The position numbers were made by a program, and so were the translations under genes. Below are positions 38,201-43,844 of a stretch of 43,844 nt of DNA, piece after piece; positions within the stretch are counted from its first letter, which is position 1; the number at the start of each line of letters is the position of its first letter. The notes under the pieces are model-generated. The model was not told where the DNA came from. It searched no databases and saw only the letters and a program-made list of their open reading frames with translations. Location: positions 1 to 43,844 of the forward strand of contig WJMJ01000039.1 of assembly GCA_014728035.1 (NCBI GenBank), written 5' to 3'. This DNA is from Promethearchaeota archaeon. GTDB taxonomy: Archaea; Asgardarchaeota; Thorarchaeia; Thorarchaeales; Thorarchaeaceae.

Positions 38201-39237
38201 TAAGCTGGGAGTATATGAGTATCTTCTAAAATAATTAAGGTGGGTTCTTTCTGGTCACTCAGAAACTCAACAAGATTTGTACTTGTATTATGGCGATCAA
38301 TGGTTAACACATCAGTGACATAGGCGTGCCACCCTTTTTGAATTAGTTGATAGCATATGGAAAGGGAGAGCCATGTCTTGCCCTCTCCAGCTGAACCCAA
38401 TATTAATACATCATCATAGGTTGGTTCACTAACTGTCTGGTCAGTGGATTCCTCTGAGGGTATATTCAGAAAATCTATCACATCGGATATCTGTGGTGGG
38501 GCTACTACATATCCTGCATCGAAATCTACCATTCTTGGTCTACCATCTTTAAGACCTCTGAATGGATCAGGCTTATCTTCTGGTTCTTCAAGGACTATGG
38601 TTCTGAAAGTCTTGAAACCAACCAGCTTCGCAGCATTTAGTAATCTCCTCCGTTCAAGGTCATCACGCAGTATGTCCCTGCGGAGTTCCTGAAGTGTAGC
38701 GAGAATCTCAGAGCTAATTTCTAGTGTCTGAAGTCCTAATATTTGTGGTTCAGAAGTTATTCTTTCACTCAATGCAATTGAAAACGCATATCCGATGTTT
38801 TCAGCTAACTCTTCATCAAAATCATCGGTAGTTTTTTCGATTAACCAAGAAGCAATACCCTTCTGAAATGACTTATTCTTATCAATTGATACAACTACCG
38901 AATCATCCCATGTCAGAATTGGGTCAATCAATTTCCTCTGCTGTTTGGATAATACAATTGATTGGTTGGAAAGGATACGTTCGACCTCTTCAATTATCTT
39001 TCTTCTAGTTGACCGCTCTTTTTGAAAATCAAGAAGTGCAGATATTATTCCAGATGTGTCAGCGATAAACCCTGCACCTTCTGCTACCTTAGATACTATC
39101 TCCTGATGAGCGATGACATCCGCGATGATACATCCAAATCGATCCCCTATATATTGAGTTCCTTGTTTTCCAATCTCAAGGGCTCTATCTATTGTGACCT
39201 GGATACCTGAAATCCAACTACGAAATTTCTCTAGCAT
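35203..39237 (-). CDS. STAND-like P-loop NTPase with a large C-terminal TPR array
   Basis: Walker A ILGSAGEGKT, Walker B LIILED, sensor IICISR, helical/WH region, then roughly 19-20 TPRs (W..LG.......Y.EA...F.KA....P). Confidence 0.85.
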   Translation of the reverse strand: MLEKFRSWISGIQVTIDRALEIGKQGTQYIGDRFGCIIADVIAHQEIVSKVAEGAGFIADTSGIISALLDFQKERSTRRKIIEEVERILSNQSIVLSKQQRKLIDPILTWDDSVVVSIDKNKSFQKGIASWLIEKTTDDFDEELAENIGYAFSIALSERITSEPQILGLQTLEISSEILATLQELRRDILRDDLERRRLLNAAKLVGFKTFRTIVLEEPEDKPDPFRGLKDGRPRMVDFDAGYVVAPPQISDVIDFLNIPSEESTDQTVSEPTYDDVLILGSAGEGKTWLSLSICYQLIQKGWHAYVTDVLTIDRHNTSTNLVEFLSDQKEPTLIILEDTHILPAYTRDLIEHIRQYKGLMRSDIRIICISRTSSGVENDTLQPILDLFKEKNTISIETEESTAQTFLERIGTEHRINEDFTAEYLLNVSRNMVTFCEVVRRLAEESYGKGCDEFDPFEQLPKYILDRRIKGVKNKHLGAIALGAIGAYSRIEMPVNQEFLRELLGKEVLQIIDILVDDQQIWRKQIDESYHQFIGLPHSSIAEFIYKGSYNDIRSYFKINEIEITEHLLEKYHRFLNELPTDLGRSTYESFLLRIATHVFVIDSENIADLFFEIICSYPEDAETQKWLTTCFFVYSIYYGVHMKSENTDIALERLLGIRPEKYELWKLKAMNLRLASRYPEAEKDILRAIDLESNDPESWRELGTLYLEMEKYDESISAFKKALSLDDKDDISLARLAVVFIHENNLDDALESIEKAISIDDQYPSHWNLLGEIFEKYKDYPAAIDAYRKSTNLDANQYDTWYHLGMSYVYLKRYEEAAKSFRLVIEIKPDDALGWFQYGTTLLYLSDLEEAEAAFKKLLELVPEDASSWNSIGVILKRQNKLVEAKDAFEKSLEYKSDSTLTLLNYGEVLLELDLHDEAHEAFERILEIDPKYIEKGYFVALEASMQDEIAKGKAVLEKLLKMDSDNADLLNLLSVLTAKEGDLDEAENIARRAIELKPDDSSMLFSLGTILLEIGNDKEALEALLRARELEPGNPEIERVVLEQYDRLTYLGTLESILREIIGENSHHVEALILLALHLHDNDRTQESVELLEEVIEISPKHLLAWLNLGSFLLELNQIDKAEKAMRKVIELYPRYPRGWYDLGIHLLNQQNLEEATQAFKAAVEIDEYYTDALYYLGYIYSLMGELDKAIQIYVKLTLIDPDNVTCHLNLGILFHQQGALDEAEHYIKQALKVNPKEKSALASLALILRDKMKFQEAREVAEKTVDMYPESTSALFTLASILSSMELYEDSEKQFKKSLEIDSDWDQSWYELGLLYEKTGRLEEAKKAFERAEKLKAEDS

Positions 39238-39410
39238 ATCTCATTTCCCATTAGGCTGCTAATTCTACGAGAGCATGAAACAATATAGTGTTTACTTAGT
39301 TCTTGTATTTCAATAGCATCACTCTGTTTTTAGAGTACTCTGCCTTAAGATATAGATTAACGAACTCTCAGTGTGGAATCTTTCTCTATTTATTGCTGGA
39401 AAAATTGACA

Positions 39411-39635
39411 ATGGATAATTACTCAAATATTGATACAGCTGAAAAACATCATCTAATCACTAAAGAGTCTGCAAATATGTTGCGAGAAGTAAACGGCTTA
39501 CGAAATAGAATCGTATCTATTTACAATGATATCGATTATAATCAACTTATTTCGAGTATCAACCGAACGCTTCCCTTGATTGATACGTATATTGAGGAGG
39601 TAGAAAATTGGCTATCCCAACAGTATCAGAGATAA
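39411..39635 (+). pseudogene. HEPN (DUF86/HepT) toxin remnant
   Basis: DNYSNID...LREVNGLRNRIVSIYNDID is the C-terminal half of HepT. The catalytic RxxxxH His is replaced by Ser and no recognisable N-terminal half is present. Confidence 0.75.
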
Positions 39636-39990
39636 AATCAGTTTTTGCTCCTATCTTTGACATTGATACAGTAGATGCAATTCTGATTTACGGTTCATAT
39701 GCTAAGATGCCTTGACGAGTCAGAGTGATGTTGATATATGTGTTGTATCTCCAGCATCCAAGACTGCACAACAGAGAGCGGATCTATTAGGTATAATTTG
39801 GCAACAAGTCAATGCTGATATCTACGATGTGCATCTCTTTGAAGAGCTATCGTTGTACATTCAGATAGATATAATCAGAAATCATGAAATTCTCTTTTGT
39901 GATGATGTTCCTGCTCTATTCGAGTATTTCTACTTCTATCGAAAATTATGGGCTGATCAAGAACACAAACAGAGCTTACAATTCACCTGA
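39608..39990 (+). pseudogene. MNT (MntA-like) nucleotidyltransferase antitoxin, frameshifted
   Basis: From TTG 39608 (GAGGAGG SD): LAIPTV...AILIYGSYAKMP* (TGA 39713). The SDVDICVV and FEELSLYIQ motifs continue in the -1 frame from ~39706. Confidence 0.8.
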
Positions 39991-40020
39991 ATAATAATTT
40001 TTCAAATATCCAATTTTTTG

Positions 40021-40629
40021 TTACTGTTTTATTCTCCCCTCCTCAATTTTCTCCAAGGTTATCAAAGCACCTACATAATCCTGCAGAGTCTGCTCTCTCT
40101 CTTTGTATGACAGGTTTGGGTCGAGTATTCTTCTTCTAAGCATACTAAGATACTTGTTTTCTAGCTTCTCGATATAGAGCGAATTCCCCATCTTTGTCAA
40201 TTTGATCATTGGTTGATTCTGAATATATTCGATCAGTTGTAACCATTTCTCAGCTGACGATGGATTCAAACCAATCTTTTGAAGTTCTGATTTTGCAAAT
40301 GGTTCCGGTTGCATCTCAATGAATTCAAATATTGACTCCACACGTTCTGTTAGTGTCCTTCGTCCCTTTCCTCTCTTCTTTGATTTTGTTTTCTCTTCTA
40401 CCTTTTTGGAGAGTTGGAACTTTCTGAATCCAATAATCCAATCTTTAGTGTCAAAATCAGGAAAAACACTCCCCATAACTATCTCATTAGAAAGAGGAAA
40501 GTAGATCTTCTTTTTCAATCTCACAATCTTTCTTTCGTCATCTAATAGACTCAATTCTGAGAGTCTCTCTCTAACTTTCTGTTCCAAGTAACGAGGCACT
40601 GATAGAAATGGGGTCTGTTCCACTGACAT
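40021..40629 (-). CDS. Trm5 N-terminal-domain-like / winged-helix fusion protein
   Basis: FLSVPRYLEQKVRERLSELSLLDDERKIVRLKKKIYFPL resembles archaeal Trm5 domain D1. A Lys-rich linker is followed by a wHTH-like module (KSELQKIGLNPSSAEKWLQLI). Confidence 0.6.
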   Translation of the reverse strand: MSVEQTPFLSVPRYLEQKVRERLSELSLLDDERKIVRLKKKIYFPLSNEIVMGSVFPDFDTKDWIIGFRKFQLSKKVEEKTKSKKRGKGRRTLTERVESIFEFIEMQPEPFAKSELQKIGLNPSSAEKWLQLIEYIQNQPMIKLTKMGNSLYIEKLENKYLSMLRRRILDPNLSYKEREQTLQDYVGALITLEKIEEGRIKQ

Positions 40630-40659
40630 TGATTACACCTGATTCTCGTTTCAACAAAC

Positions 40660-40675
40660 AATACATTAATGTATT
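40660..40675. promoter_or_regulatory. 16-bp perfect palindrome in the divergent promoter
   Basis: AATACATTAATGTATT is self-complementary and lies 30 bp upstream of the wHTH gene start, next to TATA-like elements. Confidence 0.55.
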
Positions 40676-40753
40676 TTTTAGTATATTAACATTTCTTTTA
40701 TATGCACTGATTTGACAGTATGATTAGAAATTTCCTCCAAATGATGATGAATA

Positions 40754-42784
40754 ATGAAGATTGAAAAAGTTGAGAATATGCGGTACTACGTACAGGAGAC
40801 TGTGACACGATTCATCGACAAACATTTCCCTGAAAGGTCTGAAGAGATGAATGCTGATTTTGAAGAGAAGTTCAGTGAATTGCAGCAGAGTTATGAATCA
40901 GAAGTAGAAGGTCTCCAAAAACTGATGAAATCTATTAATCCCGCAGTATCATCAGTACTTGGAATGTGCGAGGAATATGATATACTCATGGCAATGATTG
41001 TTTCTCTTTTCAAAGCGACTTGGGAAGGGGCTCAACGAAGAAAGAAGAAGCCACCTCCAAGACCAAAACTAGTTCTCCCAGGGAGTGATCAATCAATAGA
41101 TCTATCCTTTCATTGTTCTGCCTGCAGACAAGAGATAGAGGTCTCTTATGAAGACAAAATGAGGATACTGAATTCTGATGGAGATGTTCCACTTCCTGTT
41201 CACTGTGGCGAACAAGCAAAACTCAAGATTACAAAAGCTGATGAAGAATTAGCTGAGGTGGAGGAAACCAAGCCTGATGATCAGACCATTCCCGTGGAGA
41301 TGGTTATCGGATATATCCCGTCAGATGAAGTTGAATATCGAACTGTGTTGAGTGTTGGAATAGACATTGGTTCATCGACTTCTCATCTCATATTTTCTCG
41401 ATTGACATTGAAACGTGAAACTGGCTTCTTAAATATGACAAACAGATTCAATCTAATCGGAAGAGAAATCATCTATAAGAGCGAAATTATCTTCACACCC
41501 CTGATAGACAAGTATACCATCGATGTTGATGCGGTTGTCAAGTTCTGTGAAGAAGAATATCAAAAAGCAGGAATCAGACCAGAGATGGTTGAGACCGGTG
41601 CTGTTTTGGTAACGGGTGAAACTGCCAAAAAACAGAACGCAGCTGAGATTGTGAAACGTCTCTCATCAGAGTCAGGGAAATTCGTGAGTGCCGCTGCAGG
41701 TCCTAATCTGGAATCTATGTTGAGTGCGATGGGGAGTGGAGTGGTAAATCAATCCCTCTTACTTGGACAGACTATCCTTCATATCGATATCGGGGGTGGT
41801 ACGAGCAATATGTCGATTGTTTCGTCGGGAAAGGTTCTCACGACTGCATGTATCAATGTGGGTGGAAGACTTCTTGGAATTGACAAAGATTACAAAATAT
41901 GGAGAATCGATGGTCCAACTCAATTTGTTATGCAAAAGTTGGGAATGCAATATGCCATTGGCGATACAATCTCTGAAGAAGATGCGATGAGTATATCCAC
42001 TGCATATGCAGAGGCACTGCTAGAAGTAATGCAGGGAAAAGCAACAAATGTGATTGCTAAAGAACTGTTGATGACTAGTGACCTTGATTTCTCAGTTCCA
42101 ATTGATGCATATTCTTTCTCGGGAGGTGTAGGGGAGCTGATTTATGGAGGAGATGAAACGTTTGATGATATTGGGCTCATGCTTGCTAATGATATCAAAC
42201 GACTTCTACACGAACAGGAACTAAGAGTCATCGAACCTCCAGCGAAGATACGAGCCACTGTCATTGGTGCAGGCGCTTTCTCATTATCAGTTTCAGGTTC
42301 GACAACTTTTGTTGATAATAGAATAGAATTCCCCTTGAAAGACATTCCAGTTCTTCCAATTAATTTAGATGAAAATTTCTCACCAGAACAAGTTGTTGAA
42401 TCAATTCAACGAGCTTACTCTACATTCGATAAGATTGAAGGGAGTGACGTTGTTGGATTGTATTTCGAACAGAGAATGCGTTCAACGGAATTTTCTGCTG
42501 ATGAGATACTGGTAGAGTTCGCCAAGGCAATCGAGAGAGCCCTTCCGGTTTCTGTCAGAGATGAGAAACTGATCATCTTGTTATTATCCTATGATGTTGG
42601 AAAACTACTCGGAATCGCAATCAGAGATCACACATCGATTAAGGGTAATTTCATGTGTCTTGATGAATTGAAATTGGAGGCTGGAGACTGGATAGATATC
42701 GGGACACCAATTGGTGATGCTGAATCTACATTTCCGGTAACTGTCAAGAGTCTTGTCTTTAATGAGAACAAAGAATACGAGTAG
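40754..42784 (+). CDS. eutA: EutA-like reactivase (ASKHA ATPase) with a ~195-aa N-terminal extension
   Basis: LSVGIDIGSSTSHLIFSRL, VTGETAKKQNA, FVSAAAGPNLES, IDIGGGTSN, INVGGRL, FSGGVGE, IRATVIGAG, GDWIDIG.P, PVTVKSLVF. Confidence 0.85.
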   Translation: MKIEKVENMRYYVQETVTRFIDKHFPERSEEMNADFEEKFSELQQSYESEVEGLQKLMKSINPAVSSVLGMCEEYDILMAMIVSLFKATWEGAQRRKKKPPPRPKLVLPGSDQSIDLSFHCSACRQEIEVSYEDKMRILNSDGDVPLPVHCGEQAKLKITKADEELAEVEETKPDDQTIPVEMVIGYIPSDEVEYRTVLSVGIDIGSSTSHLIFSRLTLKRETGFLNMTNRFNLIGREIIYKSEIIFTPLIDKYTIDVDAVVKFCEEEYQKAGIRPEMVETGAVLVTGETAKKQNAAEIVKRLSSESGKFVSAAAGPNLESMLSAMGSGVVNQSLLLGQTILHIDIGGGTSNMSIVSSGKVLTTACINVGGRLLGIDKDYKIWRIDGPTQFVMQKLGMQYAIGDTISEEDAMSISTAYAEALLEVMQGKATNVIAKELLMTSDLDFSVPIDAYSFSGGVGELIYGGDETFDDIGLMLANDIKRLLHEQELRVIEPPAKIRATVIGAGAFSLSVSGSTTFVDNRIEFPLKDIPVLPINLDENFSPEQVVESIQRAYSTFDKIEGSDVVGLYFEQRMRSTEFSADEILVEFAKAIERALPVSVRDEKLIILLLSYDVGKLLGIAIRDHTSIKGNFMCLDELKLEAGDWIDIGTPIGDAESTFPVTVKSLVFNENKEYE

Positions 42785-42792
42785 GTGAGGTG

Positions 42793-43844
42793 ATGAGTAG
42801 CATACCAATCAAATGGCAAATAGTTGATATCCTCCAGTCTAACTTTGAAATCCTATTTGGCAAGGATGCCGAAACGGTACTAAATGAGTTCATCCGTGAG
42901 TTCGACAAGCTTGTTTTAGACCAAGCAGAAAAGAGTTCAGATGGTTCTATCACAATTATAAACTTCATCACAGCCTTCAAACCTGCACTTAATCTTGTTA
43001 TTCCTCTTGGTCAAGACTTTGATAGGATTGTACGTCAGGTTAGTCCGGTTCTCAATGCTGCACTATCAAAGGACAGTCACAAGGAAATTCAAGCAGAATT
43101 AAGTTCACAGGTTCAAACGAGATCGCATGATTCTCCCACTGGCCAAATCATTCCTCGATATGATGCCCCAGAGAATATGACTCTGATGAGCGTAGGTATC
43201 GACATTGGTTCATCAACGTCTCATCTTGTGTTTTCAAAACTTGTTCTCAAACGAGAACGGAACTTTCAGAATCCATCCTATCGATTCATGCTGGTTGATA
43301 GAGAGATTGTATACGAGAGTGACATCATCTTTACACCGCTTCTTGATCAGTACACGATTGATATAGAGGCAGTTGTACAATTCTGCGAGGAAGAATATCG
43401 AAAAGCAGGTCTAACCCGAGAAGACATAGATACTGGTGCAGTTGTAGTGACGGGTGAAACTGCTAAGAAACAGAATGCTGCAGAGATAGTTGAAAGAGTT
43501 GCATCAGAATCTGGAAAATTCGTTAGTGCCTCTGCGGGTCCCAACTACGAATCTGTTCTTGGTGCTATGGGAAGTGGTATCATCGATTTATCTGCCGAAA
43601 CTGGTAAGATAATCATGAATATCGATATCGGAGGAGGTACGAGTAACATTGCAGTCTGCTCCAAGGGAAGAGTCCTCAGTACATCATGTATCAATGTCGG
43701 TGGGAGACTTCTTGGAATAGACTCAGAATTCAAGATATGGCGTATTGACCAACCTACTAGATTCATTATGCAACATCTTGGAATGAGCTATGAACTTGAC
43801 GATATTATTTCTGAATCAGATGTCAAGCTCATCGCAGAGACCTA
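42793..43844 (+). CDS. eutA: second EutA-like ATPase with a ~128-aa N-terminal extension (3' partial, not in ORF track)
   Basis: ATG 42793 after GGTGAGGTG. The frame is open to the window end: MSSIPIKW...MSVGIDIGSSTSHLVFSKL...VTGETAKKQNAAE...IDIGGGTSN...INVGGRLLG. Confidence 0.88.
   Translation, partial: MSSIPIKWQIVDILQSNFEILFGKDAETVLNEFIREFDKLVLDQAEKSSDGSITIINFITAFKPALNLVIPLGQDFDRIVRQVSPVLNAALSKDSHKEIQAELSSQVQTRSHDSPTGQIIPRYDAPENMTLMSVGIDIGSSTSHLVFSKLVLKRERNFQNPSYRFMLVDREIVYESDIIFTPLLDQYTIDIEAVVQFCEEEYRKAGLTREDIDTGAVVVTGETAKKQNAAEIVERVASESGKFVSASAGPNYESVLGAMGSGIIDLSAETGKIIMNIDIGGGTSNIAVCSKGRVLSTSCINVGGRLLGIDSEFKIWRIDQPTRFIMQHLGMSYELDDIISESDVKLIAET

Noticed and set aside
39303-39410. N-terminal 36 codons of the HEPN ORF in the track
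   Set aside because: No resemblance to DUF86 N-termini. It looks like open non-coding sequence in the promoter region of the divergent STAND gene.
39713-39715. TGA in the MNT gene as selenocysteine or read-through
   Set aside because: In-frame read-through gives RVRVMLIY... and stops again without the DxD motif, which lies in the -1 frame.
591-43766. Many 60-125-aa ORFs nested in or antisense to longer genes (e.g. 1843-2214, 9586-9924, 29129-29473, 43347-43766)
   Set aside because: These are shadow ORFs of well-supported genes, with no motifs or start signals of their own.
1-43844. CRISPR arrays, tRNA/rRNA genes, IS elements or integrases
   Set aside because: No regularly spaced DNA repeats, cloverleaf-like GC-rich segments, transposase motifs or terminal inverted repeats were seen. 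The TPR, Ig and PAS repeats are diverged protein-level repeats.

Overview
AT-rich, gene-dense archaeal window, most likely from an Asgard archaeon (Thorarchaeia-like). This is inferred from two Rab-like GTPases, an arrestin-fold protein, an AbrB-PhoU regulator, a Phr/HSR1-like regulator, REC-PAS/GAF-histidine kinases and ~90-aa Ig-like surface repeats. From left to right it holds: a partial KaiC/RAD55-like gene; a Phr-like wHTH regulator; a small RHH-like gene with an operator-like palindrome; DUF389, LysE, pyroglutamyl peptidase, an ECF-type S component, FetAB and an FAD oxidoreductase; two tandem hybrid sensor kinases; a block of eukaryote-like genes (arrestin, Mth938/AAMDC, GBA2-like GH116, a Zn-ribbon/disordered scaffold, a coiled-coil protein, a Rab pair); a complete pstSCAB-phoU operon with a divergent AbrB-PhoU regulator; an orphan N4/N6 DNA methyltransferase; a membrane-anchored PLD with five Ig-like repeats; a GNAT; a PIP-box Zn-finger protein; a 1344-aa STAND-NTPase/TPR protein; a decayed HEPN-MNT pair; a Trm5-N-like/wHTH fusion; and two tandem EutA-like ASKHA ATPases sharing an extra N-terminal helical domain (the second is absent from the ORF track and runs off the window). 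The most novel-looking items are the Trm5N-wHTH/palindrome/EutA-pair locus at 40.0-43.8 kb, the NLR-like STAND-TPR, the asymmetric Rab pair and the PIP-box Zn finger. No tRNA, rRNA, CRISPR array or transposase was recognised. All family assignments come from motifs read by eye, not database searches.
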